A stretch of DNA of 64,000 bases from Tubiluchus corallicola. Taxonomy: Eukaryota > Animalia > Priapulida. Made by a program: the position numbers and the translations under genes. The DNA lies in assembly GCA_030141605.1 (NCBI GenBank), contig JAQGDQ010000011.1:186001-250000 (forward strand), given 5' to 3'. Positions 1 to 14,494 of the stretch are shown here, one piece after another (the stretch's first letter is position 1; each line of letters starts with the position of its first letter). Under the pieces are notes generated by a model that searched no databases, was not told the origin of the DNA, and worked only from the letters and a program-made list of their open reading frames with translations.

Positions 1-304
1 ATCATTTATACATTGAAATTTTTATTTTTCAAGGTTTTTGTTATATTTCAGAAAAGTTTTTCAGGGCTCATGTTATATTGTTCAAATGTTTGTGTTGATT
101 AATCTTTGCTGTACCACTTGTTTTTTTAATGTTTAAAAGAAAGGATTTTACATTCCATTTAGAGGCCCACTGCTTAGCGGTTCTTAGTCTGAACATTTGC
201 AAAATATTAAAAGTATCACCACTAACACAAAAAATGTTCAAATTTATTGATATATTGATAAATTATAAGCTGCTCAGTCTTTATTAGTTGTGTTTATTCA
301 CTAG

Positions 305-3300
305 GTTGTATGTTGACAATGATAAGATAACCACTGAAGTCCAGCAGCATTTATCTACTGAGCTTCAGTCGGTAGAATTACGTCCGTACGACTCGGCAAT
401 AGAAGAAATTGCTCTCATGTCAAGAGGTCAGTCTTCTGGAATGGTATGGATAGCTCGAAGTGCCAGCTATGCCGTGTCATCATGTGTAAATCAAGTGAGT
501 ATTATAAACATGCCCCGTCTAATATTTGTACTGTGTATCTCATCTGGTAGGATTGCTTTCACATCCGAGTTTGGCCAAGTGTAGCGGCAAACTCGCACTG
601 CTTCATTTTATGCTTGAAATTGTCGTGTCAGGCATGGTCCAGTGAACTAAAGCATTGTTCAAGAAGATGCTGAAGTAATTGATATGGTAGACTTGGGAGT
701 GCCTTTAGTCAGCTATTGTACCTTAAACAGTGGGTCTTTTGCTGGTTTTTATCAATGTATCTGCAGACTTAGATACTGGTATTATTTGAAAAAAAAATTT
801 CCTGTATCAGGTTGACTTTGGGAACTAATTCCTTGTTAACTAAATAAAAAAAGTGTGCCACAGTTTGTTTGTAGTGAGTAGCTGGAAAAAGGGGGTATAT
901 TAAATTGCCTGCAGATATTCTCCATACAGTTTCTGGCAGTCACGTTTAAAATGGTTGCTTGCTGTAAAAGTGAAAGTAGAATATCATTTGTGCGAGGTGG
1001 ATGATCAAGTTTTGTTGCTGTTGTTTCAGTTAGTTTTCAATAAAATGGGATTTACAGCAAAGCTTCTTCCTGCTTGAAATGCTGCTTAAAGTTTGTTGTG
1101 TGTTTCAATCTCTTTTTAATACTGGTGCAGCTTGGAACTCATGGTGATTTTGTTGAACATGATTTCAGGCCCGTCTGCTAATGGATACAAGTCCAATACA
1201 ACTAATGGTCGCAGTCAAGAATCCGGTAGAGGTAGCCGGTATGAAAGCAGCACATGTAAGTGTTACGAGCATGACTATGTCTATGACTATGCTTATGACT
1301 ATTATTAAGAAAAGTAGAAAGCAGCATTAGAAATAAATTTAAATGATAGATTAATTTGTTAAAAATGATAAAACGAGCATTGTTACTATGATAGTGCTTG
1401 TGTTAAACTAGCCTCAAACCGCCACTGAGGCTTAACGATCTTAAATGTGTTTATCTGACTTGTTTAATAGAAAAATAAAAGTTAAATAGAAATGATCGAA
1501 TGCCAGCAGTGAAACAATAAAAACAATAAAATTATATCAATAGTTATAGTAGTTATAATTGATATAAGAGACTGTAACAATAGTTAATCTAAAACGTAGT
1601 TACATGCAGTTTAAAAATCTATACTGTCAAGTGTTACATTTAATAACAAAACTAAAATCAGAAAGTTTCTATTCTTAAACTAAAGTATTCTTCTTTGCTC
1701 CATGCCCTACTTTTTTAGAAGGTCTTGTGGAAATCGGACAAGTAGTTTTTGTGTAATTCTGCTAACTAACGGACAAAGAAACGAACAGTGATGAAAATAC
1801 GCTTAGTAGTGGTAATAAACTTTCATTGTTTCACACATTTGACATCTGAACTGTTGTTGTAAGTTTATTCCAGGAAGAGTTAACTGGAAAAAGAAAATTA
1901 AATATTTACGTTTGCTCTTTTGTTTCTAGGTGAAAGATGCTGTAGCCCAGTGTGAGTTTTTCCACTGGTTAGAAAGTGCCGTCCAAGCAGAGGATGTGAC
2001 TGAAATATGTGCTGCACAAAAAGCCACAGAGTTTAGAAAGTAGGAGTATAGTCAAAGCTCATTATTCCACCCCTTCTCGGCCCCCTTCCCCCCTCCCACC
2101 GTTATACTGCCAAACTTGTTTAATGCCTGCAAAATGGCCAGGAACAAAACGGCTGTGTTCAACTGTATATAAAAATAACAAGTTATACAGCCACCTATCA
2201 TCTGCCATCCACCAGGCAAATTAATATATGTGTTCAATAGGGAAATACCGCCACCCATTGCCTGCTATCCACCAGTCAATTTAATACATATGTTGAGTAG
2301 GGAAATACCACCAAACACACCAGCAACCTTGTAATTATGCCAGCTGTGCAAGGCTGATAGACGCGCCGCTGGCACTGACCAGACGTCACGTCATGTAGAA
2401 TAATACATGTTATCGTGCTTTTATTGTTTTCAAGCTGTACTGTACATCGTACATTCACAATAGTAAAGGATTGATAGATCTGATATTATTGTCAATGCGC
2501 CATGCAGTCATAATAGCAGTTGACAGAAAACACGGTATTTTTTTTGTCCACAAGAAATGTGATAGTTGCTCGTTTTCTAAGAATCATTGAAGCAAATCCC
2601 GGCAAGAAATTTGTAGTCGTGACTTTTTTTCATATACCTGATTAGTGGAGCAGTAGGCCTGCAGCCTGTTACATGTACATAAGATACATGTAATAGGATA
2701 AGGTTTTCACAAGATACCTTCATTATAAAAACAAAATGTTCTTTATAAAGTTGATTGATTTTAAGTGAGTCATTAATTTACAATTGATTAATTTAATGAA
2801 ATACTTTTAATTCATTAACCTTTGGACTGAAAATTGAGGACTCTAACATGTGTACACTTGTCTGACAGTTCTGTGATTCGTCTTTGACAAAACTTAACAC
2901 ATCTCTGTATAATGCCAAACTCGTAGTAACGACAGTTTTTTTTTCTGTTTCAAAGGGGTGGTACAAAGAGGTTTGACTGTGTTATTATTTCAGTAGCTAA
3001 TGTAGCAATCTTGAATTTTTTTATATTTTTCTTGTTTCTCTCATCCTTGTTAATTGATCACTTGCTGCTTTATTTTGTCGTCTTCTTTTTGTCTTTCTGT
3101 TGAAATTTCTTGACCAAGTATAGTGAGGCATAAATATTCTGCTTGCCAAGATTGGCTTCAAAAAAATTCAGAATCTGTGTGTTCATTGGCGATGAGTATC
3201 CTGCATCAGCAATCGAAGTCGAATTCAATTTTAAAGACTTTTGAATAAATTTTCAATAAGCCTTTTCACAGTTTCATTGTGCACATGTGCTGTTGGTGTA

Positions 3301-6300
3301 GGACAAAGGTTAAGTGTACCACAGCAGCGCGTCTTAGCTACAACAGTCATATGACCTGTAAGTAAAGCAAAGCCAAATGCTGCATTGGTTCAGTAACTCC
3401 AGTTGCTTTACGTGGACTTTATTTAATTGTGCATTAGTCTGTAGAGTGATTTACTAGCAGGATCTTGCTTGGGAACAAGAAGAAATGAACTATGCAACTG
3501 AAAAAATGAACTAGTATCGTTTTTATCGTTCGAAATAATTTATCGCATCATATCGTATCATATTGTTATCGATATCATGTCAGTGGAAAAAAGTACCTCA
3601 TCGTATCATCATATTTGTACATTTAACATCTCCGCCTACCACAGCTATTTACATTAAGTAGGCTTTGCTCCTGAGTGTGGCATCCTGCAGCTTGCAGAGT
3701 GCACAGTAGACATTACTTATGTAGCTTTTAACCAATAGTCACCTCAATTAAAAAGTGATTTTAGTTGCATCCTTTTACATTTTCTTGTGAAAAGACCCCC
3801 TTTCATTTTGCAAGAAATCATTTACTTATTTTCTTTCTAGGAAACAGGAAGGTTACGTTGGACCGAGTTTTTGTAATTTGACTGCTTACGGAAAGAACGC
3901 TGCATTTTATCTGTACGAGCCAACCGAAAAGACGAATGCTAGGGTTTTGACGGATAACGTGTACCTACTGGATTCTGGTGGGCAGTACATAGAAGGAACT
4001 ACCGATCTCTGCAGAACTGTGCACTATGGTACACCTACCCAGGAGCAGAGGGTAAGAGGGTAGATTGGAAATTGCCACTTGATGCAAATCATTGAAAGCT
4101 AAGCGGTTTCAGAGCTTAGTGCAGCGGAATGAAAATCATGCTGTGGCCAGGCCATTTCCTTGCAGGCAAACGTTATAGATTGTGCTATTAATGTAACGTG
4201 ATTCGACCACCCAAAAATACATTATTACACATACAAAGTTTCTGTGTTAACTACAAACCACACCTTAATAGATTCCTCAAATTCATAGGGGTTTGTAACT
4301 TTTAGAACATCTAGGGTTCGTAACTTTTAAAACGTCTAGGGTTCGTAACTTTTTAAACATCTAGAGTTCAAAACTTTTGAAACATTTAGAGGTCATAACT
4401 TTTAAAACATCTAGAGCTTGTAATTTTTAAAACATCTAGAGTTCGTAAGTTTTAAAATGTCTAGAGTTCTTAACTTTTAAAACATATAGAGTTCGTAACT
4501 TAAAACATCTAGAGTATTTAATTTTTAGAACATCTAGAGTTCGTAACCTTTAAAACATCTAAAGTTCGTAACTTTTAAAAAGTGTAGAGATCATAACTTC
4601 TAAACCGTCCAAAGTTCGTAAATTTTAAAACATCTGGAGCTCGTAACTTTTAAAATATTAGGAGTTTTATAAGAAAAGAAATAATTATTTTCTTGAGTTT
4701 CGAGTGTGTAAATAAAACTGGAAATAACTATGTGAAACTACTGCTGCTGAATGCATAATATTATTATGCACTTCGCAAGAGATACAAGAAAAGTTACAAT
4801 TATTTGTAATCTTGACATTGATAATCATATTTACATTAAGCGTTACTTTAACTCACTAATAATTGATCTGGTTGTTTTAAACAATGCATTTTACATATGG
4901 ACATAGCCACGTTCTAAAGTTAGAGGGAGCAAGCACATAAAAGAGGTGCCATTAGAAGCAGTGCTTAAAGTGCGCCGGGTCTTGTCAGGGTCGCAGACCT
5001 GGCACCTAGAATTACAGACCCTGCACCTAAAGAAAAAACAATGTCTCGCCAGGTGTCATATTTACTTTTCACACATGTTAGTAGCATAATTTGCATCTTT
5101 CAGCAAACAAAATTGAACTGTAGACGATAACAATGGGTACTGCATTGTTGCTACAACTTTTCAGGAATTTGGGAAAACCTTTCTTGGAAAATTGTGCACA
5201 AGAAAAATGAGTTAACTCGTTCCCAGTAACTTATTTTACTTCAGACTTGAAAAGTTAGGTGCAACAAAATTTAGCTGTAATCAGTTGGCGTGAGCCGCAT
5301 GATTGTCTTTGGCAGAAGTATATAAACATCTGGAGCTAGTGCACCTTGCTGTGTTTTGTTTGCTCAGTGATTCCTGGCGGTTACACAGTTTGAATAGGCC
5401 AAGACTTATACCGGGTAAAGTATAAAAGTATAAAAAACTAGTGGATGAAAACTACTTGATTCATTGATTAAAAAGCAATTGCTGTTTTTGAATTAACACC
5501 TAAATTTTGTATCCTTAATGGCGAAAAATCATTGAAAAATTGTTTACTAAACTTACCTTTTTTCGACCATTAAAGGTCTCATAGACCTAAAATCAAGGAA
5601 AATATAAGTCCCGGACCCCACTGAGGCAGCTTACAGTGCTCTTCCAGACCTCCTAGCTGTTTTCTGTTCTGTTCGCAATGAGACCCTCTTACCTAAATAT
5701 ATACACTTTAGTACTAGTCACAAGTGAAGGAATTATATGTTTGTCCATGCCACAGCAGGTAGTTCCAGTATGTAAGAAGAATATATAACTTTGGTTTAAT
5801 CAGTCAACCTAGACAAATGTGTTGTGTTAATGCACATTTCAGAAATATGGGAAACAGATTGGCAAGTTGTTAGAAAAATGTGCTCGGGGGAAGGTTGCTT
5901 CCCGTGCTGCCCTATTAGCTACTCCACTGATTCTACAAAAGCACACCAAGCACTCCATGAACAAAGTATTATAATACAATACTAGATGAACTGCTGCACT
6001 AGTTATACTGATGCAATATTTTGGTGTGAAAAGATTTTTTATAACTCACATTTTCTGTTATTTACCGATTTTGTGATCCACTAAATATTTTTGAAATAAA
6101 ATTTTCATATTTTTTGGCATTGTTAATGTAAACTTACGGTGTCATAATTCTGTTTCGTTCATTTTAAAAGCTACATTTAATACTAAAAGTGGAAAACAAC
6201 CAGACCTGCAGAGTAATTTGACTGGTTTTAAAAAACTTTTAATTGTTGTATCATTATATTATTTACTGCATATGTTTTTAATAAGTTTAATTTAATTTAA

Positions 6301-9300
6301 TTAATATTTAAGTGATCTTAAAAAAATATTGTGAGAGTTAGGAAAATAGTGAGCCATTAAGAATTTTTAAATAAAAATAAAAAATTAGTTATAACATTAA
6401 GTTTTATTGGCACCCAAGTGTCCTGTTACCAGTAATTTCTTGGTTTACTAACAGATTATTGAAAGTCTTTCTGAAAGTACTTTATTGATGGTTTTGTTAC
6501 TAAATTTTTGCTTTGGCAGGGTTGCCATTTGATGCCGATTATCGTATTAGAGGCTGAAAATTATCATATTTTTGCCAAAAATCCAAAATTTTTGCAAAAT
6601 GCAGTAAATTATTTAAATGTAAATAAAATAAGTAATTGTAACATCAAAAAGTGGCATTAACAAATGTATCATCAAATTTATTAAACCAGGTTAAATGTCT
6701 CAAATTTCTGCTTGTGCAGAATGAAACCTTATTTTCATCATCATGAGCATTCTTTTTTGGAATTACTGCGCTTTTCAAGAAACTGCAGCCAGTATGCTTC
6801 AGATTGCAATCATATCAAAGTTTGTTTACTTCCCAATGGTTGACAGTAACGTTTCTAAGTTTTCAGTGAACAGTTTTCAAACTTTCGTTTTTGTTTCATA
6901 TTTAAATTGTCGTGTATTTATTCATTATCATACCATTTCTTTTTTGTACGAGTCCGAAACCTCAAATTATTCCAATAATTATCATATAAACAGCAACCCT
7001 GCATTTCAGTAACATTTTTTCACTGATTTTTCTCTTTTCCAGCAATATTTCACAAGCGTCGTCAAGGGTCACATTGCACTTTCAAGTGTTACCTTTCCTG
7101 CAGGAACTACAGGTATTAAACTTACTAAAAGTGCTTCTCACACCTTAAATTCCAGAATTTTTTTGTTATGAAACTAGCAAGATTTTTTTAACAACTCGTA
7201 CGGTACATTTGCGTCATTTTACAATCATTGTATATCATGCAAACTCTGCAATACTATTGAATTTCATGTATGACACGTATCGTAGGGCAGAGCATTGAAG
7301 CCATTACACGTCTAGCACTTTGGGAAGCCGGGTTGGACTATAGCCATCCTACAGGACATGGAGTTGGCTGCTTTCTTAATGTTTTAGAAGGTGAAACGAT
7401 TTTATATTATTTTCTATATATTTGTTTAGTAGTGTAGAGGATTTTGGCATCATCAATTTTATCACAATTAAACACTTCCATACTGTGGCGCCACCTGCTC
7501 GAAATTATTAAAATTAAATTAAACTAAGCAAGCAGGTGGAAGTTAATACCTGATGTTTGGCAATGATGGATCTGTAAAATATTTGTCAGAGAGAAGTCAC
7601 ATATTAAATGTTAAAAGTCAATTTAAGTTAGATCTTGAAGTTGTCGGAAGTTTTTTTATGGTAGTTTATAGATGAAACAAGTAGTATTATATAAAACTAA
7701 AGTAAAATAATTAAATTTGTATTGCAACTTTAAAAATTTAAATAGCTGTTTAAGGAATAAAACTTTTGATCCAAAAAAAGAAAATATTAAGAATAGCATG
7801 CATCGCAATGTAGTTCTGTTTTTCCTAGCTGATATTTATGACGACTATTATATTAGAAATTGTTTTCGAAGATTCCATTTTTGCCAAGTTTTTAACTCAT
7901 TAATTGGTTTGGCCATGGACACCAATTCATCAATTCACCTTTTGTTAATGCATTATTAATCGACTTGAACACTATTTCCGGTGCTTGCAATTTCTCTGTA
8001 GATTACGTACTGTACAGTGATGTTGCAATTAGTTTTATTAAACTTCATGTGTTCTTTACTGTCATGTGGACTCGTGGTACCATTTTAAAAAGTACAAACT
8101 CCACAAGGCATTGCTGAGTTGATCAGAAAATTTCTTGGGAACTGAGTGTTCACATTAAATGCTCGTTCAGCTTCACAGCTGCTTATAGATCTGTATTACA
8201 ATTATTATAATAAATGAGTCGGGTTACTCTGGTAACTGTTCTAGAGACAGACTTCTGATCTTACCACCAGTTACCTTAACATGATCCCAAGAGTCACTTC
8301 GTTGTGGTTTCTACCCATTGTATGTCTGCAGTCTGCATTGTATAATTGTTTTGCTAGCAGGCTAGCAGCAGCAAATACGAAATTATTGATTTATTGTGGC
8401 CACTTCTACTAATTTATGTCTAACATTATCAAGTTTGAAACTACATATAATTAGTTTTTTTACCCTTTACTTTCGTGGAAATCTTATTTTGTTAAAATTG
8501 TCTATCAGCGTTATCATTACCAGAGTTGTCTTGATTCTCGCCGAGACTGACTGCTGTAAACGCAGCTGATTAACTAGACAGAGACTAACTAACGAGGCCA
8601 AGACTGACTACTGAAACTAACTAACGACACCGAGACTGACTACCAAAACCGAGACTGACTAACAAGACCGAGACTAATGATGGAGGCCAAGACTGACTAA
8701 TGTGACAAAGACTGACTAACGTGACCAAAACCTTTAAAAAAATTGTAACCTTGGCGAGATCAAGACAGGTACTCATTGCAAACATTGACCATTTTGCATG
8801 TTTTTTGTTTTATTTAACTGTGATTTATGCTATTAGAATTTTACGAAACATAATGTTCGCAACTTTAATTAAGAAAAGACCATTTTAACTGGTTTTTTGT
8901 TCTTTACCAAGATTTTTCAAAATACACGCTAATGTTTCCTTATCTTTTCTAGGCCCACAGAGGTTGAATCGTGGAATAGATGTTCACGAGAAACCCCTGC
9001 AAGAAAATATGTTTGTTGCAATAGGTATTTTCATTACAGGTTTGACTAAAAAAACTAAGTCCCAGTTACGTTATTATTTAATTTATTTAGACAGAAGTAC
9101 AAACAAGCAAAATGCCATACAGAGAACATAATTTATGTATATTAGCATATTTACTATAATAAGGTTTCGCCAACATAATTGAAATTAGTGTGAAATCCAC
9201 AACTTGATTTTAATTAAAGTAATTCTTATGTCCAGTAAATAAAAGGCTGGAAAATAATTGGTGGAAATTTTATCAGTTTCTGTAGATTATTTTACAGGTG

Positions 9301-12283
9301 CGGAGTTATTCGTTCAACTTATGTGAATTGAAATTAACAGTGGTCGATAGGGGTCGAATGTGCATCGAATGTCCAAACCGATGCAGTTTTTTTTGTTTGA
9401 ATTCACTTCAAATCAGAAACTATAGATTTGAATAATTCAGTACTTCAGCCATTCTTTATCATTAAAACGACTGAAACTTTATACAATCAACACAATTTCT
9501 GTGCACAAAGTTTAAACAAGCTGTTAGTGTTATTACTGCAGAAAATATGCATGCTTTGTGAGACTGCCTTTTATTAGTGATTTGAAAATTTATTCTAAAA
9601 TCTTTGAAACTTAATTCAAATTCGATTTGGATGTGAAATCTCGAAATTCTGTTTGATTCGAGTTCGGAAGTCAGGAATTCGATTCGATTTGAATTCACTT
9701 TCTGGTAGAGAATGCTCAGCCCTAGTGGCGATCAAATGGCGAATTTGTTCATATATTTCATCCTGCACGGATGTTCATATATTCAACCAAGGAACACTTA
9801 AAAAAATAAGTTTGTTTTGCACTTTCTTTAAGCAAACAAGTTTGTCTAGTGTAATAATCATGCCATTTTAATGATTTTCAGTCTTTGTTCTCAGAGGCTG
9901 TAGTGTCTCTACTAAGTTCTACCATGTTTCTAAATATATAAGGTTTATCCTAGAACTGTTAGGTGACTGTTTGTTTATTTCAAGAAGTTGCAATACCCTC
10001 TTTATTGCGAGTTCTTCAAATGTTTGTTGGGTTATTTTGCCAGTATGAGTTTTATTAATAAAATTTTAGTTTTCAATATTAACTGTAATTTATATAATTT
10101 GTAGAAATAATTTTGCAGCTGTAAGAATATGTAACGTATTGACTAACATTTTGATTAACTATATGTCTACCTTTTGTTTATTTAATGCAGAGAGATACAT
10201 TAATTAAAGTGAAATTTTAGATTGTTTGTAGTCATTTCAAAAATCAAATCAGAATCAATTCAGTTCATATGAGTTCTTTTTTGGAAGACTTTGTACAATC
10301 GAGACAGATTGAACGTGTTCGTCAATTTTTAAACTCCATTTTATGAACTCCTGTAAAACGTCGCGTGCTTCATTAACATACGAAAATTCTTGTTGGTTTT
10401 TTAACTTCTTAAATATTGCAGAGCCTGGCTGTTATAAACCTAGAGAATTTGGGGTTCGATTTGAAAATGTCTACCACATCGTTACTGCTGAACCAGAGGT
10501 ATTATACGTCACAGCGTAAATGTCGACAAAATTGTTGCGTTGAAAGTTTTCAAACTAGTTTTTGCTTTTTAGAAATATTAACTTTACTTAAAGCATAAGA
10601 AAGTGCACTGCGTAAATAAGGCTTAAAAAGATTGCCTTGAAACTTTGTATCACTTACATACTGACAGAGCTTGTATGAGCAGTAACGCTGTATAAACTTG
10701 TAAATTTAAATGTTCCTGCAATGACCATTAGGCGCAGCCATTTTAACGGTAAGTCATTTGAAACAGTTTAGATAACATTGTGTAAAGTTTGAAAAAATAA
10801 TCAGAGCATTCGTAGCACACTTTTCACTAACTAAACAAAAGTGTAAATTAACCAATATTGTCAGTAGGATCAATACTGTGTTTTTTGGTAAGCCAGTGAC
10901 TTGTCTAGTGCACACTGGCATAGGAAGACAGTGATACTTGACGCGAACATTTTAAATTACCAAGAATTTTGTTTTTCAGTTACATGTCTTTTAAACAAAT
11001 CTAAGCATAATGCTAAGTGATATCTTCACCTAATATTCAACAGCAAACGTTTACCTATCTTTCTCCTTACTGTGTTGTAAACCTGGTTTCTAACTTGCAA
11101 TATGCCACTCCTGAAGCAAAGAAAATTTTGCGGTCTTATTGATGCTTAGTTTATTACCATTTCGGAAATGTTAAGCTTACTGCTAATCACAAGACATTGT
11201 GCGTTTAAACTCTTTTGAAGAGATCAGTCAATATATATGCACAGTCTTTCATACTTTCAGGATGAGCTTGCTGCTCCGGGAGGAAAATTCTTGAGATTTC
11301 AGTATATTACCTTTGTGCCTATGCAAACCAAGCTTCTAGATTTAGAACTACTGACCACGAAAGAGGTAACCAGTTTCTGTAATCCATAGTTGAACAAGTG
11401 ATGTTTATTGACAAAAGTGACTCATGATTAATGGTAAAAGTCGACTAATTTGCTCTGTCAAGCTGTTCAATGCTTATTGTTAGGCATTGCAACAGAATAA
11501 GCCATTTCACAGTTCCAACAATTGATGATGATCGTAAAAAAAAGTTAAGTGTACCAGACAACGCTTTTGTGTACACTTGACAACGATTCACAGCTCAGTG
11601 TATAATAGTAACAGTTTTAACAGCTAGTTAGAACCTTACCTAGTTCATTTTTTTCTTGTTCCCAAACAAGATCCGGCCAGTAAATCACTCTGCTTACAGA
11701 CTAATGCATAATTAAGTAAAATCCATGTAAAACAACTGAAGTTACTGAACTGATGTGACAGACTGCTTTGATTTACCCACATGTCATGTCAGTTGTAGTT
11801 AAGACTTGTTGCTGTGGTACAGTTAACTTTTGACATATAGCAACTGTGTGATGCGCAATGAAACGGTGAAAAGGCTTATTGGACATAGTACAAAGGGAAC
11901 TGTCTGTTGAACTAGGTTGTTAGTTCATGAAAGTGTAAAAAGCTACTGATAATTGTTTGTCAGTTGTACTTCAATTTGCTGCAGTTTCTGAATTCTATGC
12001 GTGTATGTATTTCTGTGGAGGGCCTATATGGTGGGGCCTCGGCCAGCACCATTCTTCTTGGTAAAACAAAACTGGTTTTCAGTATGTTCATTTCGCTTTG
12101 CTTTATAGCCATTTTTATGTTTAAAATAAACTAATGAAAAGTTTTGGATTGCAGATTTCCTGGATCAATTCGTACCATGCAGAATGTCTGAGGGTTTTGA
12201 AACCAAAACTCATGGAAGCCGGCAAAACTGAAGTACTTGAATGGCTCCATAGAGAAACTGGAAGAGTAATAGTTTACGAATGA
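305..12283 (+). CDS. Divergent Xaa-Pro aminopeptidase (aminopeptidase P, M24B) paralog; 3' part of a multi-exon gene whose 5' exons lie upstream of the window
   Basis: Ten frame-consistent GT-AG exons: 305-494, 1169-1255, 1930-2039, 3841-4051, 7043-7112, 7286-7390, 8953-9024, 10422-10498, 11261-11365, 12155-12283 (TGA). The spliced protein has APP motifs AVKNPVE, YLLDSGGQYIEGTTDLCRT, KGHIAL, GLDYSHPTGHGVGCFLNVLEGP, EPGCY, GVRFEN and WINSYH. Confidence 0.92.
2205..2320. repeat. Imperfect direct duplication of about 60 bp (intronic)
   Basis: ccaccaggcaaattaatatatgtgttcaatagggaaataccgcca recurs as ccaccagtcaatttaatacatatgttgagtagggaaataccacca. Confidence 0.6.
3255..3492 (+). mobile_element. Truncated copy of the AATAAGCC-terminal MITE family
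   Basis: Colinear with the copy at 26321-26578; starts aataagccttttcacagtttcattgtgcacatg. Confidence 0.8.
4295..4667. repeat. 25-bp minisatellite, about 15 copies
   Basis: Consensus unit GTAACTTTTAAAACATCTAGAGTTC repeated head-to-tail with substitutions. Confidence 0.9.
4959..5717. mobile_element. Degenerate hAT-like non-autonomous element
   Basis: Termini cagtgcttaaagtg ... cactttagtacta; internal cccggaccccactgaggcagcttacagtgctcttccagacctcctagctg motif resembles those in invertebrate hAT MITEs. Confidence 0.45.
6517..7001. mobile_element. hAT-like MITE
   Basis: Inverted termini cagggttgcc ... agcaaccctg; no clean TSD. Confidence 0.5.
8540..8770. repeat. Degenerate tandem array of about 19 bp (GAGACTGACTAAC-type), probably subterminal repeats of a DNA transposon
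   Basis: Repeated ccgagactgact / gagactaactaac units flanked by inverted tgtcttgattctcgcc ... ggcgagatcaagaca. Confidence 0.6.
11496..11880 (-). mobile_element. Full-length AATAAGCC-terminal MITE (about 385 bp)
   Basis: TIRs aataagccatttcacagtt ... aaacggtgaaaaggcttatt; reverse complement of the 26321-26729 copy. Confidence 0.85.
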
Positions 12284-14494
12284 AGATTTGCACTAGATGC
12301 GCTGTACCTAAAAACTGTCTCATAAGGGTTTTAATTAGTTCTTTGCACGTCTCGTGTTTTTTGTGATTGCTCAAAATGCTCAAATGGAAAAAAGACAATA
12401 CCAGTGCATTTACTCTGCTTAAGAAGACATAAATAGAACTCTTGTGAATGCGAATGTGATTGTGTGTGAGGTGCCACAGCTTTCTTTAAATGCAGGGTGA
12501 AATTTTTAGCTTCAGATAAAGTAACATTCACCGTAAAAAGATGTTGAATTAGTACACTTGTTTATAGTTGAGTACGTAAATAGTCGAAAGTTGAAGACTG
12601 TATATTTACCTGTAGCACAAATATTGTCTGCAGTAGAAGTTAATTTTTTGCTTTGTCTTGTAGGAACCTACTAATACGTAAACATTGATAACCACTTGAA
12701 GTAAGTAGCATCTGAGTTTCTATGTCAACACCCTTTGTGGAAGATAATCATCTAAACATCAAAAACTGAACATGTGGAAAGTTTTTTGGAGAGGAAAGTT
12801 CTTTTAGTGTCTAAAAATATAGCATTATCACACTAAAAGCATTCACTCTTGCCAGTTATTAAGCTGGTGTAATCATTGCCTCAAACCCACAATCAATTTG
12901 CTTCAAACCCTAAACCAATCAAGTATGATCAGAATTGACAATTAACGTGTTAGTATTAATGACTCAGTCAGGTTTGTCAGCAAAGCATAAGATTAGAGAG
13001 AGAATGGTCATAGCAATCGTGTTCAAATGCTGATTTCATTGTAATCATGATCGTAAATTAATTGCGTCATCAGTAATTAATATAATTTTGTTTTTATAGA
13101 CAATAAATTGACTTTCTTCATAATTGAATGAAGTGTTGCATCTGTGATAACACACAAAATATTTTTTATTAGAAAAAAAAAATAATTTTTTTATTAAAAT
13201 TAAAATTCTTGTTTTTTTACCATGAGTCACACTATGTCGATTCCAGAATTGAAAACAATAAATGAAAGAGTTTTAACTCGTGCAACCGACTTTAATTATG
13301 TTAATATTAAGCCAGTTATGTTTTTAATATTTGTCACTCACATTGTGGCTTTACTATATTTTCAACACACTCTCAGTTTTAGTTCTACAGTTCTAGTTCA
13401 TTACCCTACAATCATACTTCTGCCTGCACTTTTGAAATCTACTCTAACTTAATTGTCTTTTATGCTCATAATGTAAACGCAATAATGTGTGTGTTCCCTT
13501 CCTTCGTACTATCCCTGATCTTACTGTTTTTCCATTGCATCATGTCTACTAATCCTAACCATTCTTTCATTTGCTAATTCATGATTCCTTAACAAGCAAC
13601 ACTTTCAAGGTTCATGCAGCAGTTCATTTATTTGGTTAATTTGCATTCAACAATGATTTTTCTAGAATTTTAAAATAAATTTCCCCAACTTTTTCATCAT
13701 TTTTCCCTGACCAAATATTGATTTTCCATGACCAAGATAAGCAGAAATTGCATTGCCAGTATACATGTTCAAACATTTTTGTGTATGGACATTCATACAT
13801 ATACTGATATATAATGTGTCGGCACTGTGGCAGTAGTGCTAACGAAAATACACTAATCACATTAAATAAGCTTTCTTAATCCAATCATTATTTTCGGAAC
13901 AGAAATCGAAACTGGGATTCTGCTATAGCAAAATTTTATTTGAATATGAATCGCTGAAAAATATATTTGAAAAAATATCAGTTCACAGTGATTATTTTTG
14001 CAACCCTTTCCAATCACCCTGACTTTTCACTCAATTTTCATCATTTTCCCCGACTTTGTTCCAAATTATCTTTTTGCCAGACTTTGCATGATAGCCAGTA
14101 TTTTCAAGAATTTTCCAGAATTTTTCCTGACCGTGGGAACCCTGTTTATTGTATGTTGATGTATTGTATATGTATTGCTGGAGTGAAATAAATTGATTTG
14201 ATTTGAATAATCTTCTCAATCTGCCAATGAGGGGTAACTTATATATTAAGTTTAGACTATTGTAAACGTGCCGTTATTGTACTTTCTTATTTTATCATAT
14301 TTTCTTAGTCTTTTCAAAGAAAATTATCAAACTTCCTGTAAAATGTGTTGTTTTTATCAATAAATTCCCTAGTGACATTTTGGATACTTCCTCAAAGGGA
14401 AATAATTTCCGTTCAGTAAATTCAAAAACATTTCTTCATAGCCGTACTTACATTGCTAGCTCCTAACTCTGCTTTTCTAAAAATATTCTGCACC

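Noticed and set aside
4295-4667. CRISPR-like array
   Set aside because: Units are contiguous with no unique spacers, the context is eukaryotic, and there are no cas genes.
5505-5520. GTATCCTT U12-type donor
   Set aside because: Lies deep in an intronic repeat and not at any exon boundary; all modelled introns are U2-type.
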